Below are positions 40,096 through 54,092 of a stretch of 64,000 nt of DNA, piece by piece. The notes beneath the pieces were generated by a model, which saw nothing but the letters and a program-made list of their open reading frames with translations, was not told the origin of the DNA and did not search any database. A program made the position numbers and the translations under genes. Numbering within the stretch: position 1 is the stretch's first letter; every line of letters starts with the position of its first letter. Source of the stretch: the human T2T-CHM13v2.0 reference genome, Homo sapiens; NCBI RefSeq assembly GCF_009914755.1, contig NC_060927.1. One strand, 5' to 3'.

Positions 40096-41855
40096 TCCCT
40101 CGCAGCCCGCTTTGGTCGCTGAGTCCGGACCCGCCACGCCAGGAGGCGGCAGGTAGCTCCTCCGCGGACTGTCGGTCGATTCCCCGCCCTCCTCGCCCGC
40201 TGCTTTCGCGTTCTTTCATATTTGCGGGCGCGTTTTTGCTAGTTCAGACGGAATCGGCCAGGGGGGCTGCCCTGTTGCCGCTGGAGGTGGGTCCAGATGT
40301 GCCGGAACCCCGGCTGCTCACCCTTGCAGTTTTACGCTTTTACTGTTTCTTTTTATGCTCTCATGATACGAGAAGGGAAAAGGAGAGTGAATGGCGTGTT
40401 GGAGGGAAGGAAATAATACCCCTGAAAGTGATCTGAAAGCTAGCTACTCTTATTTATTTATCATTAGGTATTTTAAAGAGTGGCTTTTTTTCAGAGCTCT
40501 TAAGTGCACTCAGCACCTTACTGTTTCACTATCGTCTTGGGTTGCTTTTTAGAACAAGATCCTTACCCTGTTAGCCACTGTCACCCTTAGTGTGTTATGC
40601 ACAGTATCTGAAAGCATTGCATTAGTTCCTTTATTGGTCTGCAGGAAGGTTTGTGGATAAGAGCAAACAGTACCACGGTGATGGGAGTCCTAGATTGTAA
40701 TACCGAAGTTGCACATGGTGTAAGGGACTGACCTGAATGTTTTAGGAAATTACCCCACTCTTAACAACACTAGCTAACTTAGACACTACATTGGTCTGTG
40801 AATTATCTAGATGGAAAGATTGCTTTAACTTTTTTTTCGCAACTTGCCCAACCCGAGTTAGGATTTTTCCCCCTGAGTTAGGATTTTCCCCTCTGAGAGT
40901 ATGCCTTTTAAACTAGTGTTATCTTATTGACCTGTCAACCTTGAGTTAATCTTACTTCCTCACAGTTAGACCTAATTAAATTTCAGGATATTTGTTTCAT
41001 CATTTGAGATTCAAAGAGAGAGAGTCTTTTTTGAGAGTTACTAACTATATAGATAATAAGTGTTCGGGTGGAGGGGGGCAGTAACTTACCTGTATAGTAA
41101 TATACCAGATTTAAGTTCTGCATTATGGAGAGAAAAATTGGTACTGCAACATCTATTGAACACCAGAGGGGCCCACTCATGGACAATTCAATTTAGATCA
41201 GTTAATTACTGTGACAGTCTTCCATGAAATGTTTTCATTCCATTTTAGAAGTTTTGATTTTGTTTTCTAACACTAGTTTTTTTAAAAAATAACCTTTTTG
41301 TTAACGTGCAATCACAGAAGAAAATATGTTAGTGTAGACTATTTATGAGCCTAAGAATACCTGTGAAGGCTTATTGACACAATATTATTAGGTGGTCTTG
41401 TTTTGAAACACTTAAGCAAGTTAGATAAAAATGAAATTGGAACCAGAAAATGAAAACTAGTATTTACTGGACAATATGAAAAGAGAAAGTTCTCTTTTCA
41501 GATTAAAATAGCAGAAATGCATGGTTGACCAAACATTTCAGGTAACAAAATTGTGAATATTTCCATAGTAACATTTTTACAAATGGAAGGCTAACGACTG
41601 TTTAATAGTAACTCTGGGGCTGAAATTAAAGATTGCAGAAAAATTCACTACTGAATGATGAGATTTTGGTCATTTTTCCTTAAGATTAGAAATCTGCATC
41701 AAGTCAGCCAAAGATCCCCACTAAAATTGAGTAATGCAATAATGAAAAGGCTCAACAAGTAAAGTGGCTAATATTTTTATTTTTTATTTTTTATTTTTAT
41801 TATTTTTTTTTTTTTAGTGTAGCTAAGTATTAAAAGTTTTCTTTTTCCAGCTTCA

Positions 41856-42256
<401 letters not shown>

Positions 42257-45200
42257 TTAGCTAAATTTGTACCATTTGAAAGTATACATCTCTGTTTTAA
42301 AGAGCTACTTAATTTAGGTATTCTGCATATAGTTTTAATGTTGACATTTCTTAATTAAATGTTTATATTCATAATGTTAGATAATCTTGCTTAGTAGTAA
42401 GGAGATTTGTATAATAATGGACTGTCTCCTGTGCCTTACCGTGAATGGAGATTTGTCAGTATGAATCTAATATAATGTCTAATTCAGGTGACTTAATGAG
42501 AGAATCAGGTTTCAGACAAAAAAAATACCTTGTTCTTGTTTTTTTTCCATGTCTTTTGAAGATCTCACGTAGTTAGGCATCTCATTCATTCTTATCTGAT
42601 TCTTACAGTCATTCTTTTTGAAAAGGTTAAAAGGAGGGGGATGTGTAGATTGCCTGCCATTATTACTTTGGGCTTTTAAAGCTTTTCGGGGCTTTTAAAT
42701 CTAGTTTTCTTCTATAGCTACTAATAGTCGCAACACTTTAACTGGTCTGTAGCTGAACACTCTAGTGTTTCTAGTTTGGGAGTTGCTCAGATCACCATCA
42801 TATCATATAGCAATGGCACAGACCTTTAATAATATTTAAATGTTACTCTCAGGCTGTGCATCCACAAACCGATTTATTCTGGCCTGCTCATACCTTCCCT
42901 GACCTCTTTTTCCATATCTCTATCAATGGTTTCATTTCTGCAAGTCGTTTTAGTGAAGGGTTTACTTTCTCTGTGAGCTATTTCTTTAAATTTTACAGTA
43001 GTTCTTAAATTGTGTAAAAGACTCAAGTTAGCTGCTGAAAGTGACGTCACAGAGTTATACTTGTTTTTTAAATTTGTCACCCAAGTTATTTATCTTACCA
43101 GTTGTCATAAGGGGTGATGTGTGATTTATTTATTGAAGTACACTGCACTTTTTTAACATTTAGCAACATTTTTGGTAACAATTTGACTTCACTTTAGTAA
43201 TTCCTCCCTTATCAGCTGAGTTGAACAGATAGGAGGAAGCAGTTTGAAAATATATTGTCTGTACTTGCCAAACGTTTGGTTAATCAGCCACTTTAACAGC
43301 ACTTAACTATACCTTTTTATCTGGAACAAAATGTGTTTTCTACATATTTTTATTGTAAGAGATAATACTTTTACTTTATATTAGCCAGATACCTTCTCCA
43401 TATCCATTATCTTGTTCAATTGTGGTAGCCTTTCCCATAGAAGCAATGAAGTTCCCTATGTGAGAGCTCTTTTTTCCCTGCCTTAGCAGGTTATAAAGTG
43501 GGTTCTCCCTAGAGAGAATTCTCTGAGCCTTAGGTTTTGGCTGTAGTTAGCAAAAATGCAGCAGATGCCTTTTTGCTGGGCAGAAAGTTGCAAGTTAGAG
43601 TTGGAACTTAGAATGCAATTTTTCCGAAGAAACTATGGTATAAATTGGTTAATTAGTACAGATGTGTTTTCAAAGGAATGATAAACCTTTGGAACATAAG
43701 CTGTTAGAAGTTGGGGACTACTTCCTGTACTTTGAGGTCTCCATGTTTTCCTTCACTTTGCAGATGACAAAAAGAGGCTGTTGACCTCAGTTCTGAAGAA
43801 GACAAATTGGTAGCCAAACCAGTTTTAGAACACAAACGTCCCCAAATCTTAAAAAGTCACTTTGTGGGATCATTAGCATCAGCAGTCCAGCTGCACTTCA
43901 GACCAGGTATCACTGTTACTGATTGCATTGACAATTAAATTGTATGAATTTATGATAAGATTGGTGCTACTCCCATTTCGGTTGAGTGTGATGGCTTCCA
44001 TAAGTAGTAATCATAGATTTCATGATGTATAGGCCCTACGGTAGTTAGGGTCTGTCATGAATGCCCTTGGGACTTTTCCTTCCCCCTTTATGGTTTTCAT
44101 ATCGTAAAGGTTAACTTGGGTAGGACTGCATGCCCCTTACTGCCATGAGTAGTTTGCATAAAGACAACATTGGTTATAAACATTAGAAGCTCAATATAAG
44201 GATTTACATCATAATCTCTGACCCAGTTGTTAATGAATATGGGCTAACTTAACTAGCCCTTCTGTACCTAATCAATTTTTATACTCTCTATAAGTTTTGA
44301 GTGTTTGAGAAAATGTTAACATTTATCTTTATTGTTATATCTTAGTATTCGTCTGTGCACACGTGCTCTCCGAAATGAAGGATGGAAAGGTTAATATTAT
44401 TCTCAAGTGACCAAATCATGTTTTTCCCCTCAATTTGTTTACTTTTAAAACTTAATGATCTTAGGGAGTGAAAATACTGCAGTTAACTTGAATTATAAAG
44501 ACCCCACAATTCAACAGACCTATTGCTAAACTATTATAAAAATTTTCAAATGCACAAGAAAGTTGAATTTTATAGTGAACACTCATATACTCTAACCACC
44601 TAGATTCTACAATTAATATTTTGCTTTAGCATATCTTCCTATCCATTACTACTTTTAAATCCTGCTTGTAGACAGACATTGTTACTATGATATGAAGAAT
44701 GCCATCTTTGTTCCCCAACACCATGATAAAGAGGATTTATTTCTACATAGTGTTTGTTTTCTATATTATTTGAACATATGTATATACATGCTGTTTCAGT
44801 ATCCTCAGAGTGAAGTTAGGATCAGATTCCATCATTCCAGGTTTTGGTTAGCAACTTACCTGAGTGCATTGTAAATCAGTGCATTAGCCCCACATCTGTT
44901 AAATGACTTGAGTTTGCTGAATCTGGTGTCTCAGAAGAAACTCTAAAGTGGTTAGATGGATATTGATGTTGATGTTGGTTTTGTTAGGTGTAATTTATGT
45001 GAAACTCCTAAATTCCTTGAATTATTAGAAGGCTTTTATAGGTCAGCCTGTTGTCTCTGCCATCTTTCATCCAGAGGTAATGGTTTAGCTTTAGTGTGAT
45101 TGCAACAGTGACTTCTGTAAATCCCTGCAATAAATAGGAAAAAAGAAAAACATTTCCAAATAGTATAGGACCCACTGATATACTATATGGGCCAAATTAA

Positions 45201-48037
45201 TACTGTTGAAAGGGGAAAACCTGTAAATGGTTAACCTGCTACTCTGTCTTCAACCGTCTATCTACCTGATTCTGGTGGATGCTTTTTGTATTTAAACCAG
45301 TAACTCTTCTGAGAAGGCTTCTGTTGTCCTCTTCTTACCTACTTCTGACCATGAGTAATTTCTGGGAATTTAGAAATTGATAGAAAGTGGAATACTGTAG
45401 GGTTTTTTGTTTGTTTTTAAAGTCGAATATATTAGGAGGTGAGGATTAGCGTTGGGGGAGATAGGATCAGTTGCCCAGAGGCTCCCATATTTAGGTAAAT
45501 GTATGTTAATCTGCATTTGTAGGCTTGCCAGGAAATCTAACCATTATTTAGAATTTTATGTCTTTGGAAAAATACTTCCATAGTTTCAGATGAAAAACAT
45601 CTAAACATGTTTTGGAATATAATGTGTACATAAATTAGTGAATGCCTCTTTATGTTGTTCAAGGTTGTACTATTTGTAGACAAACAAATCTCTAAACAAT
45701 TGTGACTGTTGGCACTAATTGACCACTCTCAACCATGTCTATTTCTTTTCTTTCTGTGGAATTTAATGTTGCAAGATAACTTTAATATATGTTCTAAATG
45801 ATAGTAGATGCTTAGTTTTTACAGTGTTTTACAATCCAGTGACATCTTAGAATTGAGGAGATGAGGTAACATCTTTTATTTCCATAGACAAAAGATAATT
45901 CAATTCAGTATTTCCCACAAGAATTGAAGGATACAGATCTGCCAGATTCCAAAGTCTGTTCCTCTTACCACACCCTCTGCCTCCAGGGCCAGCTTAAATA
46001 AAAGTGTCCTCTGTTTAATTTATGTTTTTTATTCAGGTGCCCCAACTTAAGTCTTAAAATACTGGTCTATCAGAATACCTCTTCACAATCCGGGCTGTAG
46101 TTAACTAAGCTTACTAGTTGGATAATAGCTGATTACTTTGATTGTTTTGATGGAGCGAAGAGATGAGTTGATGGTTAAGACTTTTAACCTTCAATTACTA
46201 TGGGATTTTCGGAAACTCTGAAGAGAGTAGCTGAATGAGAGGAAAAGATGATCAAATCCAACTGAATATTGTTCTTATTTAGATTTATTTTGTCTATAAA
46301 AAGTTCATAATAATGAGATTGGAAGTCTTAAGCCATGCCAGTTAAGAGAATTGGGAGATGGAGAGCTGAACTTTCAGAGTAGACTCAGAATTCTATAACC
46401 CACAGGATTTTTAGTGTATGTGTTGGCCCCCTGTTTCTATTTTCTAAGAAGCTAAGGACCAGAAGGATAATACTTTTTCTAAGGTGATACAATTATAGCT
46501 TGGCTAGATTCTTTTCCATTTTCTTTGCACCTATGTTTGCTGTAGAAGGGAATATTTTGAGAAGTCGTTTGAAATTGTTACTTCAGAAGATGAGGGGAAG
46601 TTACTTTCTACCACTTAGTTTAAATTTACAATATCGTAAATGTTGACAATTCAGGCTTAGATTTGGAAACAAATAGAGCTTTTGTGTGAAGCTTGACTCA
46701 TTTGGAATTATTTAAAAAAATTGTGTGTACTGGTTGTCTGTAATCTCCATAAATTAGCAGTATAAATTTTAAAACTTTATTCTTTTTTACCTTGTTTGCT
46801 CATTCCTATTAAAAGGGAAATGTTACTGCATGAAGACATGTAAAGGAATTTTGTTTATATTAGTAAAGTGTTAAAGTATTAATGATTAGTTGATAACCAA
46901 GTTGATAATATTTTCTTTTGGGGTTTTCTTTTCTTTTTTGTTTCATGCCTTACAGATTTATTAGCTGTTCTCAAGTAAAGACTTTTCTCCCCAGTATGGT
47001 ATTCTTTTCTTTGGTGATATCTAGCTATCCCTGCAACCTATAAAATCCTTCAAATGCATTGTTTTAAACTTTAAATATTGGTGCTTTGTTTCACTTTCTG
47101 TCCCCTGCCTCCCCGCCCCACAATAGATAGATAATGTTGTAGCGTATAAGATATACATATATATACAAATACTAATGTTGAAGGTAAAATTTTATGTTGT
47201 TGCCCATACTGGTAAAAAAATTAAAATGTAGTGTGATTTTTCAAAATTCTAGTATATCCACAGCTTAAATTATTGTTTGTTGCTGACCAAATTTATCTTT
47301 AGGAGAACACAGGCCATAAGGAGTTGGAGAAAAGGATCATAACTGGAAACTCACTTGTGACCACCATGCCTACCACACGTTTATTATTTGATGCCTATTC
47401 TTAAAATACCAGTAACACCTGTAGACTATACCCAGTTTAAGAAGGTTTATTATTAAAGTAAATTATTATACATCTTATTTATGTAACCCACATCAGAAAT
47501 GGAGTACAGAACTATGGGAGGCAGCACTCTTGTACAGTTATATTCTTTGAAAATAAGTCTTAAATGTTTCTATAAACAAGAGCAAAGAAATGAGTTCTGC
47601 AAAGGATTTCATTAGAGGAGAAAAGATAATTCAGTTTCAGTTTTTAAAGCAATTTTCTTTTATGATGAAGTATGACGCATCCTGAAAAATATAAATCTAA
47701 AGTATAGTGAACACCCATGTGACTATTACCCAGATCAAGATCATTGCCACTACCTTAGACGACCTGGTGTGTTTCTCAATCCCTTCCACCCCCTGACTTT
47801 ATAGTGATGACATCCTTCCTTTTTCTCATAGGTGGTAAACTCTGTGTGCATTGCTAAACAATACAATTTAGTTTTGCCTATTTTTAAACTTCAGATAAAT
47901 GGAATTGTGGCTTTTGTGTCTTTTTTTTTCTTTTTTTGTTTTTTTTTTTTTTTGGCTGAGCATTTTCTTTAAGATTCATCCTTGTTGGTCAAAGGATTGT
48001 TGACAATATGTACGTAAGTAATAAAGTTCAGCAATAA

Positions 48038-48340
<303 letters not shown>

Positions 48341-49254
48341 ATTTCAGCAATAATTTGGCTAACCAGGTGTCTTATTCACCTGACGGGGTTGCCTGTTCTT
48401 TTATAGCGGGAGGTGCCTCTAGGAAAGAGAAAGGGAAGGTATTTTTCTTTTCACTTGAGATTTAAAAAAATTATCTCAAGGCTGAACCCTTGAGGTGGAG
48501 TCATCCTTGACTAGAGTAACTTTGACAACTTTGTTTTAAGGTACTAATTGTCCAGAGATTTAATTTTTCTACAGAAACCAAAAATACAAGAAAGTGGGTG
48601 GGAGAGAAGAGAGAGACATCGTCTTTAAGGAGACAAATGATAATCAGATAAATGCAAAATGACTGGTTTTAAACTATGGCTTTTTGTCAACTATTAAAGT
48701 ATTGTATATTAAAATTGGCATAAAGAAGGCATTGGTTGCTTGATACTTCTTGAAAGCAGGAAAGAGAATACTGGAACTGGAGGTCTGAGCTGAGGAATTT
48801 AGGAAAACCCTGGGCATGGACTGTTTGCTGTATTGATATATTTGTAGAGATTGTCAATCCTGGTTTTGAGGTATTTTGTTGTTTATTTGTGTAGATGTAG
48901 CAATTTTGCATATATTGCATTTCTGTCATAGTTAATTCTTTGTTGAAGAAAAATTTAAATCTAGGACTGTCTTTCTTCAAACTCTGTTTAGTCAGCCAGT
49001 ATTTCTACAGAATTCAAACTTAATATTTAAACCAAGTGTCTTAGGGTGGGTATACGTACTGTATCCCATCTTCACAAAATCCCATGTGTACCTGCCAGAG
49101 AGTAATATAAATGGCTCAAATTAGGCTCTATTTGGATGATGGTCCAACTGAGTGATTTAAGCTATTTTTAACGCCTCTAGTGTATTTCTTGTAGAATTCC
49201 TCAAATGGAGATTCTTTTCTGAGATATATTGACTGTTAAGAAAAATTCCAGGCT

Positions 49255-49602
<348 letters not shown>

Positions 49603-51154
49603 TCATCTGTGTCTTACGTGAGAGGTCTAGGTACAGGTTTTATTAATACAAAACAAACTAAATTTTACTTAGGACTGTTTATTTGGCTAACTAGGCCAGA
49701 GCCATTTTGAAGATTTTAACACCTGTGCATGTAAAAACACTCAAGGAGACTTAAGTTATTTGTTCTTTGCCAAAGTTGGTAAGGTACTGTTATGATTATT
49801 TAAATTTTGGTGCTCATTTTTCCTCTAATGAATATAATAATAACTTACTACTATTATTGTAGGGAGGCAAAAGATTCTTTAAGGCAAGAACATTTTTCTA
49901 ATCTTTCTAGAATATCCTACACAGTATTAGGAACATAGTGAGTGCACAGTGAATATTAAGACAGATCCTTTATCTTTAATGGTAACCACATTTTATGTTT
50001 TGGTCATAATAGTAATAGTACAGTAAGTCTCTGTTGTGCAATACTTTGAAATTTTGGATTTGACTGTGATGTCAGTAAGATCACATGTGCAGTGAACATC
50101 ATAATCCCAGTTTCAATACACATGTCATATTATTCTTTATAGAAGAAGGGAAGAGTTGATGAAGAAAAGGGATAATGCTTATGGAAGAAATGGTATATGT
50201 GAGCATCATGACAGCCATCAACAATTGGGAGATGAATGGCTGGATGGATAACTTAGGAAGAACTTTGAGGAAGATTTTAGTTTCTTGAGTATTTCTTCCA
50301 AGTACAAGTAACTCTTACAGAGGTCTGTCTCCAGTGTTAACTCACTAGTTAGGGAACATTGAATAAGAGAAGACAGACCAGTTAATATACAAAAACCATA
50401 TGAGTTATGAAAGTTTTATTATTTTTCAAATGAGAAATGAAAAAAGACAGATGACAGCAATAGAAGTAAAATTCACAAGATGCCATTTTAATTGAACTTG
50501 AGAAATATATTCTGATACGAAGGAATAGTAAGAATTGAAATTATCATTGCATACATAGGCATTAGTTAGAATATACTAAATTCATGCACATGATGAATTT
50601 GGGTGGGGTTGGATTAATGATTCATTTGGTTTCATGGCTCTTGATTTAACTTTATGATTATAGTTAATTAATATGCAAATTAAGCAACACTTTAGGAAAC
50701 CATCACAGCTCTGACTGATCTCATTTAAACTTTCCCATAAGAGGTTAAAGGATACTAAATAAAAATACTCATTAGGGATAAAATAAGTTGCTTGTCTTCA
50801 TTAAAGTGTCTTTGCAATGGAAATAGCTTTGTTCTTGTCTAATTACTGGAGAGGATCATTGAATATTGTAGATATTGTGGGTTAAATAAACCAGATAAAG
50901 TCTTTATTTTCTTTTATTATGCATTGAATCCTGACAAAATGGTCAGCTCTTTAGTTATAGAATCATTCCATGTAATAATGGCAGTATTCCTGTGAATCCT
51001 AAAACAGTATGCTGTAATGATCTCACAAGATGTTTTTGCTTTTAAAAATGTGTGCTGTTTTAAAAACAAATCTTTGTCCATCAGTGTGCCTTTAAAAAAA
51101 TCTATTACAGTGAGCAGGGTTTGTTGAAGACATTGACACTTAAAGCATTTGCAC

Positions 51155-51444
<290 letters not shown>

Positions 51445-52176
51445 TTAAAATTTAATAACCTTGTTCCATATAAGTTTAATTGCAATCCCAAGATGATTTT
51501 TACTCTAGACCATCGCTAAAGAAGGCTTTTATTTTAATATGCTAAGCAGCTTTATGGCATTTGAAGGAACAGGATAATGAAACTGTGAAGTAGATGAAAT
51601 AAATCTAATCTTAAAACTGTAAAGGCCAGTCATAAGTCATGAGTTTGAGGAGCAACTAAAATCTTTTTAAATAAGGATTTTTTTCTAAAGTTGTTAAAAT
51701 GAATCAGTCACTTCATTAGAAAGGAAGATCTTTTCACCTGTTTAAATACTTTATTTTGGCTGTTAAAATAATTTACTGCATTTCAATGAAGTGTCAAATA
51801 GAAACAGCTGTTATATGAAAGGTTTTCCTTTTGGAATAATCATTCTGGACATTTGAAAAGAGTATATAACATTAAGTGATGTTATAACTGTGTAAGAATC
51901 ACAACATAATATACAGTTATAAATAAATTTTAAATAAATTGAAGTATATTTAACATACAACTTGCATATATAATGGGCTGTCATATTCTATATATAATTA
52001 TAAAACTTAATGATAAATACTTGTGAACCTCCTAGCCAACCACAAAACCAGAACATTACCAATTTTACATCTGGCTGTGTTTCTTCTTTAGCCTGTCCCC
52101 TACATTATGCTGAATTTTGTTTAACGTTTCCATTGCTATCTTTTAATAAAACTCTCATATGTATATATCTGTAAAC

Positions 52177-52373
52177 CAAGCTTGTCCACCCTGCAGCCCA
52201 GAGCGGCTTTGAATGTGGCTCAACACAAATTTGTAAACTTTCTTAAAACATTAGGAGTGGTTTTTTTTTTTTTTTTTTAAGCTCATCAGCTATCGTTAGT
52301 GTATTTTATGTGTGGCCTAAGGCAATTCTTCTTCCACTGTGGCCCAGGGAAGCCGAAAGATTGGACACCCCTG
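52177..52373 (-). mobile_element. MER30 hAT-Charlie MITE within an old L1 fragment
   Basis: CAAGCTTGTCCA...AAGCTCATCAGCTATCGTTAGTG...GATTGGACACCCCTG; 8-bp TSD ctgtaaac/ctgtgaaa. Confidence 0.88.
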
Positions 52374-52609
52374 CTGTGAAAACAATATATTGCTAATTTT
52401 TGCTTTGTTTGGAGCTTAAAAAATGGTATTAGCTTATTTATCCTCCTCTTTGACTTTCATTTATACATCTGTTAGTTGACAGACATTTGAATATCCAGTT
52501 TTTTTTCTATTGTGAAACATGCTACTATGAACATTAAAACTGTTTTCTGATGCATATGTGTGGATGTTTGCTGGGGTATATACCTGGGAGTGGGATTTTG
52601 TCAAAATAT

Positions 52610-53096
52610 GCTTCAGTTATTTATGAAAATATACCACTCCAAAACTTAGTGACAAAACAGCATTTTATTATTTCACAATTTTGTGGGTTGAGTGGGGAGT
52701 CCTTCAGCTTCATGTGTCAGCTGAGGTGCTGAGATGATTGTAGTCACCTGGAGGCTCAATAGGCTGTAGTCAGCTGGGACTAGAATGTTTGGGATGCCTG
52801 GACAGCTGAGAGTCATCTGGAATCTTGTTCCATTGGGACCTCAGCTGGGGCTTTTGGCTCCTCCATGTGACTGCTTAGTCTGCCTCAGCATTGCAGCGGG
52901 GTTCTGAGAAAGAACATTTCAAAGGGGGAGAAAGCTGCCAGGTCAACTAAGGGTTAAGCTTGGAATAGACACAAGTAACTTCAGCTATATTTTGTTGTTC
53001 TCAAAATACACACAGACCTAGCTCAATGTTGAGAGGAGATGCATATACAGGTAGGGGCAGAATTGTTTAAGGTCATCTTTGGAAACACTTACCACA
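52610..53096 (-). mobile_element. MLT1-family LTR (old)
   Basis: ACCACTCCAAAACTTAGTGACAAAACAGCATTTTATTATTTCACAATTTTGTGGGT...GGTCATCTTTGGAAACACTTACCACA. Confidence 0.7.
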
Positions 53097-53821
53097 ATGT
53101 GTTTATCATTTTTATCTCCCGTAAAATATCTGTTCATGTCTCTCCCAAAGTTTTAGACTGGGTTGTTTAGTCTCACTAATTTAGTAGGAGGTTATATGTA
53201 TATGTATTTTGCATCCTAAGTCTGGGTTAAATTTGTTGCAGATATCTTATTCCAGTTTGTGCCTAATTGGTCCTTAAAGCAATCCTATTAGATATTTTAT
53301 TGCCCCCATTTTACAGATGAGAGAGTACTGCTTAGTATGTTAAAAGGAAAGGCCTTGAAGTCAGCCTCCAGGGTGACATTTTTGTTACAAAGAATAGCAT
53401 TTGCAAAGGTGTACAATTATGAATCAGCATGATGCTTTGCTCAACCTACCTGTTGTACCCCTTCCCCTCCAAATAATTGAGGCTTGGAAGAATTTACAAG
53501 TATTTTTATTTACTTATAAATTTTTATGTAACTGTGACTTTTGCTATGAGTGGACTGAGGACGTTTGATGTGAGAGGACTTGCCTGGAGTGACAGAGTAG
53601 GCAGTAAGTTCAGCCCCAAGTTCTTTCTAGTCTTATCTGCCCTCCTTATTCCTCAATTTTTTTTCCCTAAATTATTCGTTTGGATCAACCAGGTTCTGCC
53701 AGCATATTCAAAATCCATCTTAAATGTAGTGGCGAAATATTTTGCAAAATTATAATAGAAGCCAGAGATTTATAATTAATATTCAAATGTTTGCATTATA
53801 TACTTTAAAAAGAACATTGCA

Positions 53822-54092
53822 GGTCGGGTGCGGTGGCTCACACCTGTCATTTCCACACTTTGGGAGGATCACTTGAGGTCAGGAGTTCGAGACCAGTCTG
53901 GCCAATATGGTGAAACCCCGTCTCTACTAAAAATACAAAAAATCAGCCGGGCATGGTGGTGCATGCCTGTAATCCCAGCTACTCGAGAGGCTGAGTCACA
54001 ATAATTGCATGAACCCTGGAGGCGGAAGTTGCAGTGAGCTGAGATCGTGCCACTGCACTCCAACCTGCATGACAGAACGAGAGTCCATCTCA
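53822..54092 (+). mobile_element. Alu (AluS-type), small left-arm deletion, eroded tail
   Basis: TTTGGGAGGATCACTTGAGG junction; diverged TSD aagaacattgca/aagaacgctgta. Confidence 0.9.

Larger units (their letters stand above)
38300..40320. promoter_or_regulatory. CpG island / TATA-less STT3B promoter, 5' UTR, exon 1 and start of intron 1
   Basis: Abrupt switch to very high GC and dense CpG. GC boxes (CCGCCC/GGGCGG) near 38708, 38899, 38944, 39031, 39074; reverse CCAAT (ATTGG) at 38919-38923. Confidence 0.93.

Noticed and set aside
38198-40436. Many overlapping 80-160 aa ORFs in the CpG island
   Set aside because: Expected from stop-codon scarcity in GC-rich DNA; low-complexity R/G/P/A products with no recognisable domain.
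41160-41175. CTCF-like ACACCAGAGGGGCCC
   Set aside because: Mismatches at the 5' CC and in the GGC core; too weak to call without ChIP data.
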